Positions 40,396 to 49,993 of a stretch of DNA of 63,344 bases are shown piece after piece (the stretch's first letter is position 1; the number at the start of each line of letters is the position of its first letter). This DNA comes from a virus. A model generated the notes under the pieces. The model searched no databases, was not told where the DNA came from, and saw only the letters and a program-made list of their open reading frames with translations. Both the position numbers and the translations under genes were made by a program. The stretch covers positions 1-63,344 of the IMG/VR virus record IMGVR_UViG_3300032144_000009. One strand, written 5' to 3'.

Positions 40396-41898
40396 TCATG
40401 CTCCAAAGAATGCAGCGTCAAATTGGTCCCCGTCGTACGGGTAGAGCGGGTAGAGATTTGCGTATGAATTGGCGAAATCCCAGCCTACTCTAGGTGTGCA
40501 CGTACAGAACGGCAAGTCGTCTAGGGTATACGATTCCGTGTGCTCAACGTAGTTGGTGACGCGCACCTCGTCAAGCATGACATATGAATCTTCGGAGCCA
40601 CTAGCCCACTGGAATTGCGATATGCCGCCTTCCTCAGAGCCTGTTTCTAGCGTACCGATGAGAGTACCGTTCACAAACAAACGAGCGATCGCCGTGATAT
40701 AATCAAAGCTCACTTCAATGTGATGGACTTGCGTCAGGCTAAACGTCGCATCAGGTGAGACGTCTTCCTCTGATTCAAGGCATTGCAGCTCTAGATTGAA
40801 TAGGCCACTTCCAGCAGCCCTCGAGATCAGCAGGATGTGAGGTAATTCGAAATCATCTGATAGCGTCAAAACCAGATTGCGCTCTGATCCAGAACCGAAC
40901 CATTCTGTTCCAGGATAGTAGCTGAACCGCATAGTCCAACTACCCGGCACGATCACCGCAGGTGAGGTGAAATACACAGGGCCTTGAACGTTCAGCGAAT
41001 ACGTACCGTAGAGAGCGCCTTCAGGCTCTTGAACAGGCAGACCTCCACCATCGAAGACTGTACCGACCCCATGTTCCATCGGAAGCTCGTAGTCGTCGAC
41101 GATGGGTCCGTTCTCCATGTTCATGTGCCACGCTGTCAGGGAACAGTCGCACTCTTCAGGAGCTTCGATTGCGGGCATGACTTCAAGCTGAGCAGTGACC
41201 ACAATGCTGTGACCCTGCACGTTGCCGACCTTCATCGTTCCCGGGAGGTATCGAGCGTTGTACTCCTGAACGGTTGGCAGCTCGAGCAACAAATCGATCG
41301 GAAAGGCTTCCTGCGGGCGCACCTTCCACTTCCGATAGTGATCGCGCAGGTACAGGAACCCGCTCGGGCTTGTGCGCCATTCCACGTTGACGATGATGGA
41401 GGTGCCAAGCTGGTCACGGTACGCGCGCGGCAGACCGCCTTCAAGCTCCGTCAGAACCACTTCAGGGCTGTACCTGAACGAATAGCCGTCACGACAGATC
41501 GGCAACGTGTTCTTCGGAACAGGACCTTCGAAGCTCTCAATTGGAATGGGCTCAACCAGCAACGAGCATCCCACGACATACTGATGCCCCGCTTGAGACA
41601 TCAGCCCGAACGTGCCAGGAACAATCATGACCCGATGTTCGACGAACCGCATCGTGTCGATGAACAGATCGATCGGGAATGGTGCGTGGCCCTCCAAGAC
41701 GTGCTGCGCGTGAACCCCTTGGAGATAGGTGTACTCGTCAGGGTCGCACGTCCATTGCACGTTCAGCGGGATTGCGCCGTTCAGAACGCCGATGGCATAT
41801 TTCCCCATCCCGCTGTCGAGCACAGCGCGAAGTGTTTCGCTCTCAGGGTCAGCGAAGCTATACCCTTCTTGATCCGGTGCGAGCGTGACTTTTTCCAT
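40396..41898 (-). CDS. Distal/minor tail protein with an internally duplicated ~120-aa domain and a C-terminal LamG/ConA-like domain
   Basis: Residues ~5-125 and ~130-250 align (GYSF, (L/V)NV(Q/E)W, FPIDL, PGT...GH..VV). The C-terminus has a LFVNGTLIG...MLDEVRVTNY pattern. Confidence 0.65.
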   Translation of the reverse strand: MEKVTLAPDQEGYSFADPESETLRAVLDSGMGKYAIGVLNGAIPLNVQWTCDPDEYTYLQGVHAQHVLEGHAPFPIDLFIDTMRFVEHRVMIVPGTFGLMSQAGHQYVVGCSLLVEPIPIESFEGPVPKNTLPICRDGYSFRYSPEVVLTELEGGLPRAYRDQLGTSIIVNVEWRTSPSGFLYLRDHYRKWKVRPQEAFPIDLLLELPTVQEYNARYLPGTMKVGNVQGHSIVVTAQLEVMPAIEAPEECDCSLTAWHMNMENGPIVDDYELPMEHGVGTVFDGGGLPVQEPEGALYGTYSLNVQGPVYFTSPAVIVPGSWTMRFSYYPGTEWFGSGSERNLVLTLSDDFELPHILLISRAAGSGLFNLELQCLESEEDVSPDATFSLTQVHHIEVSFDYITAIARLFVNGTLIGTLETGSEEGGISQFQWASGSEDSYVMLDEVRVTNYVEHTESYTLDDLPFCTCTPRVGWDFANSYANLYPLYPYDGDQFDAAFFGA

Positions 41899-44867
41899 CA
41901 GTAGTTCCGTGCACCGCCAACCGTGCGCTGCTTGAGGGTTTTGGAGGGACGCGAGTTCGGGTCTTGCAGTTGCTGCGACATGACCTCAGGCGTGACCGAC
42001 CGTGCCTCGTCGCGTGCAATGATGCGAATCTCTTCCCGGCTGAGCTGCTGCACTTCGAACTGCTTTGAGGTGCCATAATTCTGAATGTTGACGTTGACAC
42101 CCGGCGCACCAACGGCCATCGAATCACCACGGTTCATTGCCTCGAGTGCGGGACGGTTCGCTGCGGTTGCTTGCGCGTTCATCACGAACTCACGTCCGTG
42201 TACCACACCCGCAACCTCGTCCACTCCGCCGTTGCCCGTGTACCCACCGGTCTTGAACCCCGTCTTGGTGTTCAGGATCTCCGCCACGTTCATCGCTGCG
42301 GTCACTGCTGCACTTGCGGCCACCGCGTAGTTGTACGGGTACGGAACTTCAGCGAGCGCCTTCTGCACGGACAGGACCCCGTACATCGTCGCCTGGGCGA
42401 CGGCCGCTGCTTTTCCGACCTCTGCCAGCTTGGTGTTCCCGCTCTTGGACAGGGACGTCAGATTGCCGAGGAACGTGTTCGTGTCGTCGTACATCTGCTG
42501 GTTGGCAGAAATCTGCAACTTGAGACGCATGCGGTTCGCATCGTCCTCGTTGATCAGGTCCGCTTCACGGTAAGCTGCAATCTGTTCGTACATGAGCCGA
42601 TAGGCTTCAGATTGTGCATCGAGAGACGCTTGCGTACCCTTGAACAATTCCTCATTCTGGCGAACGATCACCTCAGTAGCGTCCTCCTTGGAGAACCCGC
42701 TTGTCGGGTCTGCCAGCAGCGCTTGAATGGCGTTGAGCTGCGTATAGAACGCACGACGCTTTTCGACCGTCTCCGACATCAGTTGGTCCTGAGCGGCAAC
42801 AACCTCGTTCAGGCGTTGCATGTCGGCGAGGCGTTTGCGCAGCGCAGCGGACTCTTCCGCGTTGAGCGTCTTGCCCTTGCTCAGCAGGTCTTGCTGGATC
42901 TGCAGGAATTGGATTTCAACCTCTCGAGCGCGTGCCGACATGCCAAGGAGTCGCGTCTGGATGTCGAGTTCGCGGTTGTACGCACCCAGCGGGTCCATGA
43001 CGTCGTTGAGTTGTTCGTAGAGCTTCGACAGGTACTGCAAACGCTTCTCGTCCGAGATCAGCCCCATCTTCACCGCATCGTCAAGCGTCTTCCACGCTTG
43101 CTGCATTTCCATGATTGCAGCCGCAGCAGGGTCAACTTGGCTCAGAAGTGACTGCAATGCCTTGCGTGCCTTCTCGAGCTCCTTGGGATCGAGCGCGGAC
43201 TTGGTCGCACCGCCAACTGGTTTTGTCAGATCCGCCTGGTTAGCACCGAACCCCTCGATCACTTTGCGCTCTTGCGCGATCTGCTGTGCACGATCAAAGA
43301 TGCCGTTGACCTCATTGAGCAACGCGCCACCTTGAGCCTCGAACCCTGCCGCAATCGAGTCAGCAATGGTCTGACCGTACTTCTCGTAATACGCCGGGTC
43401 CGCGTCCGCACGGTCAATCTTGATATTCTCGAGCAGCGACGCGCCAACAAACCCTCGCACACGGTTGACACCATCGATGACCGTGTTGATGATCTTCTCA
43501 ACCCATTCGACCGCCACGTTGTACATGAGCCTGAATGGTGTGGTCACTGCTTCGGGGATCCCCTCGAAGACACGCACAATGGCGATGCCAAGACCGGTCA
43601 ACAGGCCACCGATGGCGTCAAGTGTCTTTGCAATGCCCCGCACGAGGCCTGCAAAGCCGGATCCTACATCACTGTAGAACCCTGTGTAGTCACTCATCCA
43701 CTCCGTCGTTGCATCCGACGTCGAGCTGGTGATTGCGTTGTACGCAGATTGCACGAGGTCCGCAATACCCGTGAAGGCTTGCGACGCCATCAGATACAGG
43801 TTGTCGAACGCCTGAACTGCGTACTCGCCGAACGCTTGCAACAGATCCGTCAGCTTCGTTGTCTCGTCAATCCCGACCGTGATCGCGTCGCGATACTTGT
43901 ACAAGACGACAGCCGCCGCTGCAATCGCTGCTGCCAGTGCCCCGAAGGGGTGTGCGGCGATCAGCATAAACAACGAGCGCACGCCGGCAGCAAACGAGGC
44001 TAGCAACCCCGGCGCAAACGCTACCGCTGCGGCAGCGGCGATGGCCAGCAGTGCGGTAGCGATACCGTCAATGTTCTTGGCGATGAACTTTGCCGCTTCG
44101 CCGAACTTCTGGCTCAACCCGAGGCTGGTGTCGAGCTCGCCGATGTAGCGCATGAGCGCATTGTTGATAACAGTCAAGCCTTGGGAGATGGTGAGCGAAG
44201 ACTTAGCGAAGTCCTTCTCGATGTCACCGCTGCCCTTCTTGAACGCATCGAAGAACGCTTTGCTGGTGAGTTCACCATCGAGCATCTTCTTCCGGAGGGT
44301 TGCAATGTTGCCGTCAACCCCCTTGATGTTGTTCGCAACGACCTGAAGGATGTAAGGTGCACCTTCCAAGATCGAGTTGAATTCTTCCGCCCTGACCACA
44401 CCTGAGCCAAGCGCCTGGCCGAGCTGCAAGAGTGCACCCTTCGCCTTCTCTGCGGTCGTACCTTGCACCGCAAGTGACTTACCGATGTCCTCGGTGAAGT
44501 CAATGATGTCCTGTTGCGACGCTGCGAGGGACTTGCCTGCACGTGCAGCTCGCGTGTACAGCTCAACCAAGTCTTCAAACGGTTGGCGCGTGTTCTGTGC
44601 AGCCTTGAACAAGCCTTCCGTCACCGCAGCCGCTTCTGCCGTGTTCTTGGTCGCAATGCGGATCTGGCCCGCTGCTGCATTCCATGCGTCGGCGTACTGG
44701 CGCACCTTGTCGACAGCAAGGAACGCGCCCAGTGCAGCGAGCGCACGCTTCAGGAAGTCAACTCCGTCAGCTGCCTTCTTTGACGTTTCCCCGATGTCCT
44801 GAATGTTGCGCCGGACGACCCGCGAACCGTCTTCGTTGATACGAATTGTGATTGTTTCGGTCGTCAT
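41898..44867 (-). CDS. Tail tape measure protein
   Basis: 989 aa, helical and Ala-rich with TM-like central segments. It sits downstream of the chaperones. Confidence 0.85.
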   Translation of the reverse strand: MTTETITIRINEDGSRVVRRNIQDIGETSKKAADGVDFLKRALAALGAFLAVDKVRQYADAWNAAAGQIRIATKNTAEAAAVTEGLFKAAQNTRQPFEDLVELYTRAARAGKSLAASQQDIIDFTEDIGKSLAVQGTTAEKAKGALLQLGQALGSGVVRAEEFNSILEGAPYILQVVANNIKGVDGNIATLRKKMLDGELTSKAFFDAFKKGSGDIEKDFAKSSLTISQGLTVINNALMRYIGELDTSLGLSQKFGEAAKFIAKNIDGIATALLAIAAAAAVAFAPGLLASFAAGVRSLFMLIAAHPFGALAAAIAAAAVVLYKYRDAITVGIDETTKLTDLLQAFGEYAVQAFDNLYLMASQAFTGIADLVQSAYNAITSSTSDATTEWMSDYTGFYSDVGSGFAGLVRGIAKTLDAIGGLLTGLGIAIVRVFEGIPEAVTTPFRLMYNVAVEWVEKIINTVIDGVNRVRGFVGASLLENIKIDRADADPAYYEKYGQTIADSIAAGFEAQGGALLNEVNGIFDRAQQIAQERKVIEGFGANQADLTKPVGGATKSALDPKELEKARKALQSLLSQVDPAAAAIMEMQQAWKTLDDAVKMGLISDEKRLQYLSKLYEQLNDVMDPLGAYNRELDIQTRLLGMSARAREVEIQFLQIQQDLLSKGKTLNAEESAALRKRLADMQRLNEVVAAQDQLMSETVEKRRAFYTQLNAIQALLADPTSGFSKEDATEVIVRQNEELFKGTQASLDAQSEAYRLMYEQIAAYREADLINEDDANRMRLKLQISANQQMYDDTNTFLGNLTSLSKSGNTKLAEVGKAAAVAQATMYGVLSVQKALAEVPYPYNYAVAASAAVTAAMNVAEILNTKTGFKTGGYTGNGGVDEVAGVVHGREFVMNAQATAANRPALEAMNRGDSMAVGAPGVNVNIQNYGTSKQFEVQQLSREEIRIIARDEARSVTPEVMSQQLQDPNSRPSKTLKQRTVGGARNY

Positions 44868-45301
44868 TAGCGGCCCCGGCTTGAACGTACAACGGTGATA
44901 CGAGCGTCTTTGATGGTGTCGACGCCAACTGCGATAGCCTTCTCAACGAAGCCAGAAGGCGCTTGTGCGCTCCAACCCTCATTGAGACGCATGATGTAAG
45001 GGAGGTTGTTGACGATGTTGATCACGTCGCCCGTCCGATACCCCGCAATCGTTGCGCGTGCTTGTGCAAGCGCTTCAGACGCGCCAGACGCAGGGTTCTG
45101 CGGTTCGGGCAGCGTGCCCGAGGGAGTAGCGTTGATCTCAACCTGCCAGTTGAGGCGAGCACGGCCAGTATCAACAGGGGTCGCAAGAACGACTGCGGCA
45201 TCAACCTCAACGGCAACTCTGCAGACGAGGTTGCTGGTGTTAGTCTCAACGGACTCACCCATCAACGCCATCACCCTTGCAAAGCCCCGCAGATCGGTCA
45301 T
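44867..45301 (-). CDS. HK97 gp10-family protein
   Basis: The ATG at 45301 overlaps the upstream TGA (ATGA). PVDTGRARLNW and FVEKAI motifs are present. Confidence 0.55.
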   Translation of the reverse strand: MTDLRGFARVMALMGESVETNTSNLVCRVAVEVDAAVVLATPVDTGRARLNWQVEINATPSGTLPEPQNPASGASEALAQARATIAGYRTGDVINIVNNLPYIMRLNEGWSAQAPSGFVEKAIAVGVDTIKDARITVVRSSRGR

Positions 45302-46079
45302 TTGGTCGCTTTCGCCTTTGCGTCCCTGTCGGCCTTGTTCTTTCTTGCGCGCCAATTCAGGTACGCGGAATCAAGGTGCTGCACGTGAAAGAAAACGTCC
45401 TCTCGCTGTTCGCCCTGAATGTCAAACGCCTCGCAGTAGTCAAGGATCGTTTTCCAGCGAATCGGTCCTTCTCCGTAACCTAGCTCCCGTGAACTTGTGA
45501 GGTCCATGAAAGCTGAGTAGAACAATTCAAGACCGAGTAGCAGCTCCGGCGCGTTTTGTATCTTCAAAGGGATCGGAGTTCGATCCCTGTAACACTGCTC
45601 AAGAATTGCTTTCTCGGTCTTGCCTTGCTCTAGCTGGTAGATCAGGACCGCTGCGAGTTTCCCGCGTCGATCTCCTGGATGTGCTTGCGGTACAGAGCAG
45701 CACGGTTGGCCTGCTCACGGATGTCCTGGAACAGGTCCGGCAGCTCCTTGAAGAGTTGCACGACCGCGTTCTTCGAGAACACGATGGGGTTGCCTTGGCG
45801 GTCCGTCACGTTCTGCCAGCTGAGCACGACGGTCTGCGCGAACACTTCCCGCTCGAGCGCTTGCAGTTGCGCGGTCTCGACCAGATCGTTCTGCAGCTGA
45901 CGACGGATCGGCTTCGCTTTCGCTTCCATCATCTTCTGGAACGCGAGGTTGGCGCCGCCGGCACGTGCAATCAGGAAACGGGGTGCGGGTTCTTCGTCCG
46001 TGCCCACACCGTATTCGATCCAGACCCCGCTCTTTTCAATGGCGGGATCGGTCTCGAATTGGTCGTAGAGGTTCTTCAT
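45298..46079 (-). CDS. Tail assembly chaperone G-T fusion, produced by a -1 frameshift at 45663-45657
   Basis: The -1 frame is open for 30 codons from the slippery site into ORF 45298-45567 (DUF1799-like). That ORF has only a TTG as a possible start. Confidence 0.6.
45642..46079 (-). CDS. Tail assembly chaperone (gpG-like)
   Basis: 145 aa, GGAGA RBS. It lies between the major tail gene and the tape measure gene. Confidence 0.75.
   Translation of the reverse strand: MKNLYDQFETDPAIEKSGVWIEYGVGTDEEPAPRFLIARAGGANLAFQKMMEAKAKPIRRQLQNDLVETAQLQALEREVFAQTVVLSWQNVTDRQGNPIVFSKNAVVQLFKELPDLFQDIREQANRAALYRKHIQEIDAGNSQRS
45657..45663 (-). other. Slippery heptamer G GGA AAC in the zero frame of the chaperone gene
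   Basis: The codons read gcG GGA AAC, four sense codons before the stop. Confidence 0.65.
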
Positions 46080-46101
46080 GTGGTCTCCGAGGTAAGGGTT
46101 G

Positions 46102-46128
46102 ATACAGCCGACATCGCGCCGGCTGTAT
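46102..46128 (-). terminator. 9-bp stem-loop atacagccg / cggctgtat after the major tail gene
   Basis: Read directly. No clear T-run follows it. Confidence 0.35.
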
Positions 46129-46136
46129 AGGGTACC

Positions 46137-47657
46137 TTACATTGCGAGATCCGGCAAGTATGCAAACGACATGAAGGCCAGCGTGCTGTTGAACTTCGAT
46201 TCAGCCGCGTTCGTTTCCAGAGGCAGCGTGATCGCTTCGTCCTGCTGCACGTTGAGGCGGCCGTCGCCCAGGGACAGCAGCGGGATGTCGAACAACAGGC
46301 CCTTGTTCCCCTTCACCAAGATCATGTCGATGGTGACGTCGCCGTTGTCACGCACGGCCTGCACCGCTTCGATCGAGCTGAAGTACGCGGTGACGTTGCC
46401 GCCCACCTCGAACGTGCCTGCGCTGGTGTCGAACGCACCCAGCACACCGATCGCCTTGTTCGGCGTCACGTTGTTGTTCAGCGTCAGCGTCATCTCGGTC
46501 GCGTAGCCGAACAGCGCCACCGGGCTGGAATCGGTCTCGTCGACCAGTGCCAGCTTGATGCGTGCGAAGTCCGAGCTGGTGTTGAACGCGTCCGCAGGGT
46601 TGAGCGCGGGGCGGGTACCGGTCTTGGGCCCGACGGTACCGTTGCGCTGTTCGTTGTCGACCGCAACGAAGGACAGGTCCATCGTCACCTTGTCAGCTTG
46701 CGCCACGTTCACCGTCATCTCGTTGGGCACCGCGCCCACCAGATACTCGCTCATCGTGCCGTTGTCGTCCTCGCCCAGCGTGCGCTCGACTTGGTACGTG
46801 CGACGCACGATCATGTCCGGGTCGCTCTCGTTCTTCAGCAGGTCACCGAAGAAGATCTGCACGGTGAGACCCGTGCCAGCTTCCGTAGCGCCGGTCCAAC
46901 TGGTCTTGTCCAACTCGATGTAGGTCGTCGTGACCGCGTTGACGCGCCCCCAGCCCTGATTGCTCAGGAACCGCAGCGTGGCCGAGTCACCGCCCACAAA
47001 GATCCACTCACCAGCGATCAGGCCGAGTGTGGTCATGTCGAACGCCGCAGACGTCAGCCGCACGTAGTTGCCATTCAACACCACGCTCAGATCCGCGGAA
47101 GCGAACTGGTGGCCGACCACTTGGATCTTGGCGGTAGCGGGCGGGCTTGCTTCGTCGGACAGACCGGGGCTGGAACCGACCGTGATGTCGTCCGCGTCCG
47201 TGCTGACCACAAGCTTCAGGCCGTTGTTGGCCACCACGTTGAACCCGGTCACGTTGATCAGGTTGTTCGCCAGGAACGTACCGGGGTCGGCGCCAAAGTT
47301 GTACTTGTCATCCGCTGCGGTCACGCTGGTGCAGGGCACAGCGACGCCGTTCGTGGGCAGGTTCGACGTCTTCTCACGCACGTCAGCGAAGAAGAACCCC
47401 TGGGCCAAGTGCCAGAAGTTGTTCGTCGTCAGATCCTGGTTGAAGCCGCCGCTGGCGTCGAGGTCGGTCGTCACGCCCTTCTTGCGCTGACGCGACGGGT
47501 TGATCGGGTTGCGCGCAACGGTTGCAATCTGCCCGCCGAAATCCGAATAGGAGTTCGGTTCCAGCGGGTACCAGATCGGGGTGCCGGGCAGGGTGCGCAA
47601 CGCAACCTCTTCGGCGTACCGAAGGCCGGTGATGTTTGAGTCGATCTTGTCAGCCAT
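46137..47657 (-). CDS. Major tail (tube) protein, large form
   Basis: 506 aa, GAGGTG RBS. It lies between the terminator-like gene and the chaperones. Assigned by position only. Confidence 0.55.
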   Translation of the reverse strand: MADKIDSNITGLRYAEEVALRTLPGTPIWYPLEPNSYSDFGGQIATVARNPINPSRQRKKGVTTDLDASGGFNQDLTTNNFWHLAQGFFFADVREKTSNLPTNGVAVPCTSVTAADDKYNFGADPGTFLANNLINVTGFNVVANNGLKLVVSTDADDITVGSSPGLSDEASPPATAKIQVVGHQFASADLSVVLNGNYVRLTSAAFDMTTLGLIAGEWIFVGGDSATLRFLSNQGWGRVNAVTTTYIELDKTSWTGATEAGTGLTVQIFFGDLLKNESDPDMIVRRTYQVERTLGEDDNGTMSEYLVGAVPNEMTVNVAQADKVTMDLSFVAVDNEQRNGTVGPKTGTRPALNPADAFNTSSDFARIKLALVDETDSSPVALFGYATEMTLTLNNNVTPNKAIGVLGAFDTSAGTFEVGGNVTAYFSSIEAVQAVRDNGDVTIDMILVKGNKGLLFDIPLLSLGDGRLNVQQDEAITLPLETNAAESKFNSTLAFMSFAYLPDLAM

Positions 47658-47661
47658 GGTT

Positions 47662-48093
47662 TCACCTCACGTCGTCAAATTGAAAATCAGCAAGCACGTT
47701 CATTTGACTGAACGCCCCACCCTCGGATTGAACGTCACGCATGCGCGGATTCCTGATCCACACCTGCGTTCCCCGCACTTCTCGATATGCGTTGACCACA
47801 AGCTGCGCCATCTCACGCAGCTTCTGCTTTCCGTCACCTACTGGTGCGAACACCTGTACGATCACCGTGCCGTTCTGATTCCAGCGTCGCGCACCTTGTT
47901 CACCTGCAAGGCTTGCTTGCCCGCCTGTTGGCGCGAAAAGAACCGTTGCACGCGCCCAGGGTGAATCGACGCCATCTTCCGTGTCAGGCACTTCCTTCTC
48001 CGGGATGTCGTTGTATTTCGCAACGAAACCCGTCGTGTCCCAGGCTTCCTTGAAGATGCCCAGAATCTCGTCTTCAGCTTCGGTAGCAGTCAT
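47662..48093 (-). CDS. Tail terminator-like protein (DUF4128/gpU-like)
   Basis: WARATVLFAPTGG...GTVIVQVFAPVGDG pattern plus its position. Confidence 0.55.
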   Translation of the reverse strand: MTATEAEDEILGIFKEAWDTTGFVAKYNDIPEKEVPDTEDGVDSPWARATVLFAPTGGQASLAGEQGARRWNQNGTVIVQVFAPVGDGKQKLREMAQLVVNAYREVRGTQVWIRNPRMRDVQSEGGAFSQMNVLADFQFDDVR

Positions 48094-48482
48094 CGCTTGA
48101 TCCCGAAGGCATACAGAACAATCGTGTCACCGGGCTTGAGCACTTGTGCCCAATCGATCTTCCAGCGGCTACCACCGTCCAAGATGCTCGTGTAGAGTTC
48201 GATAGGCTCTTCGTTCCCCGGGACGAGAACCACTTGCTCAACTCGCTTCAAGAGCTCCTTGTCAGTCACAATCTGTCCGAGGTCAGTACCGGAAGGCGGC
48301 ACGAACGTTCCGAACGTATCCACGGAGGCTTCAACGGTCTGTCCGTCTGTGCCAACCCCTCGCCACGGTTTGTCTTCGTCCTGCGGTGCAGCCAGCAGCT
48401 TCTCGATCGTGATCTCACGCCCTGTGTCCCGAATCAGTTCGAGTGCAAGGGTAGTGAATTCGTCGTAATCGAGCGCTGCCAT
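48090..48482 (-). CDS. Neck / head-tail joining protein (by position)
   Basis: 130 aa, ATGA coupling. Confidence 0.5.
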   Translation of the reverse strand: MAALDYDEFTTLALELIRDTGREITIEKLLAAPQDEDKPWRGVGTDGQTVEASVDTFGTFVPPSGTDLGQIVTDKELLKRVEQVVLVPGNEEPIELYTSILDGGSRWKIDWAQVLKPGDTIVLYAFGIKR

Positions 48483-48483
48483 T

Positions 48484-48990
48484 TCAGTTCCGAATCACGC
48501 CCGCAGTGCGGCGCAGCAAGGGAAGCATCAGCATGTCCGCAGCGGGATAGGGTTTCAATAGCATGATCGAAGACCCTTCCGCCGCGTACTGGGTCTCGGT
48601 CTCGATTGGCCCCACCTTGCGGCGGCTGCCTGTCACCGTGCGACCCGTGTCGCTCACAACCGGGTCCGGCGCCAGCGGTGCAACCCGTGCACGGTTCGCG
48701 TACTCCGCAGTCGCCTTGAGCAACGTGTCAGGCATACCCTCCACCGCAGGGTCACCAGTGCGCGGGAACGGGAGCGCCTGCGTGTCAGGATACAGTTCCT
48801 CACCCTTGAAGCGACGACCGAAACGCGTGACAATGTAGTCCGTCGCGCGAATGATGTATGACTGCTTCAGTGCGTCGGAACCGGTCCAACTCGTAATGCC
48901 CCGGTCAACGAAGTACGCGTTCACATAAGCGACGGAAGCGAAGGCGTTTGCGTCTGCAACCCCACTCCCGTCTTCAAGGACGAATGCCAT
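48484..48990 (-). CDS. Head-tail connector/adaptor (gp6/DnaT-like N-terminal pattern)
   Basis: ANAFASVAYVNAYFVDRGITSWTG...ALKQSYIIRATDYI. Confidence 0.6.
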   Translation of the reverse strand: MAFVLEDGSGVADANAFASVAYVNAYFVDRGITSWTGSDALKQSYIIRATDYIVTRFGRRFKGEELYPDTQALPFPRTGDPAVEGMPDTLLKATAEYANRARVAPLAPDPVVSDTGRTVTGSRRKVGPIETETQYAAEGSSIMLLKPYPAADMLMLPLLRRTAGVIRN

Positions 48991-49328
48991 TACGCACCCT
49001 CCGCAATCTTGACGTACACACCGAGCCCCATGTGCAGCAGCATGTCGAAGCCTGCGGAGACTGTGACCACACTACCTCGTTCGAGGCGGTCGAGACGGAA
49101 GAAATCACCGTCCTCCATCGCAGGGCACGCGATAGCTCGGTTCGTCGGTCCTGCAACCGTGCACACGGTTGCGCCTGCGCTGTGGGCCGCAGTAGCCTGA
49201 AAGGCGAACGTCCCGTTGGCGGGCAGCGTGATCTCCGCTTCCGTCGGGTCGTCGATCAACGAGGCATAAGCTGAACGGTTCTGGCGTTCAGCTCGTACCT
49301 TGTTGATTTGGGACCGGACGAAGTTCAT
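48990..49328 (-). CDS. Hypothetical head-module protein (112 aa)
   Basis: The ATG at 49328 overlaps the upstream TGA by 1 nt. Confidence 0.55.
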   Translation of the reverse strand: MNFVRSQINKVRAERQNRSAYASLIDDPTEAEITLPANGTFAFQATAAHSAGATVCTVAGPTNRAIACPAMEDGDFFRLDRLERGSVVTVSAGFDMLLHMGLGVYVKIAEGA

Positions 49329-49969
49329 CACTTGCGGGGGTGAGCAGGGCGCTGGCCACCGCGTGCGGTCTTGCGAGCCATCGCTTGGTCGATCGGAGCC
49401 TTGAAGGTGAGCAGCGCCTTGAAGTCGATACCGGTCGCCTTCAGAGATTGCATGCGTTGGCCACGCTCAGCGAGGTTGGCCTTCTGCTGCGCGAAGTAGC
49501 CGGCCAGCGCGTCTTGCAGCGGGGTCTGCCCGTGAACCTTGGAGTGCTCATCGATCAGCTTGTCCACTTCCTTCCGCTTGGCATCGATGATCACCATGCC
49601 AGCAGCGAGCTGAGCTTCCATCTCTGCCAGCTCAGCGCGGGCCGCTGCGAGCTTCTGCTCCAACTCGCTGCCACCTTCGTCTTGATCCGTGCCTGCGCCG
49701 GGCTGTTGCTCGGCAGGGGCGACGATCGGCGTGTCGGTGCTGGCAGTGGTGCTGGCCGCAACGATCGGGGCCTGTGCGCCGGCTGCGTTGGCCTCCTCGG
49801 CAGCGGAGAAACGCGTGAAGCTGGGCGCTTCCTTCGTCACCAGCTCACGCGTGATGGAGCTGTCACCCGCCAGCAGCTTCACCGTATCGACACGGGGCAA
49901 GCCGTCCTCGGTCCAATGGTTGTCGTTCTTGTGGTCAAGCCGTTTCAGCGCGTCGAGGATCTTGCTCAT
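49328..49969 (-). CDS. Hypothetical head-module protein (213 aa)
   Basis: GGAGA RBS, coiled-coil centre. Confidence 0.6.
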   Translation of the reverse strand: MSKILDALKRLDHKNDNHWTEDGLPRVDTVKLLAGDSSITRELVTKEAPSFTRFSAAEEANAAGAQAPIVAASTTASTDTPIVAPAEQQPGAGTDQDEGGSELEQKLAAARAELAEMEAQLAAGMVIIDAKRKEVDKLIDEHSKVHGQTPLQDALAGYFAQQKANLAERGQRMQSLKATGIDFKALLTFKAPIDQAMARKTARGGQRPAHPRK

Positions 49970-49993
49970 CTAGGTCTCCGTGTCGTGGTCAGG

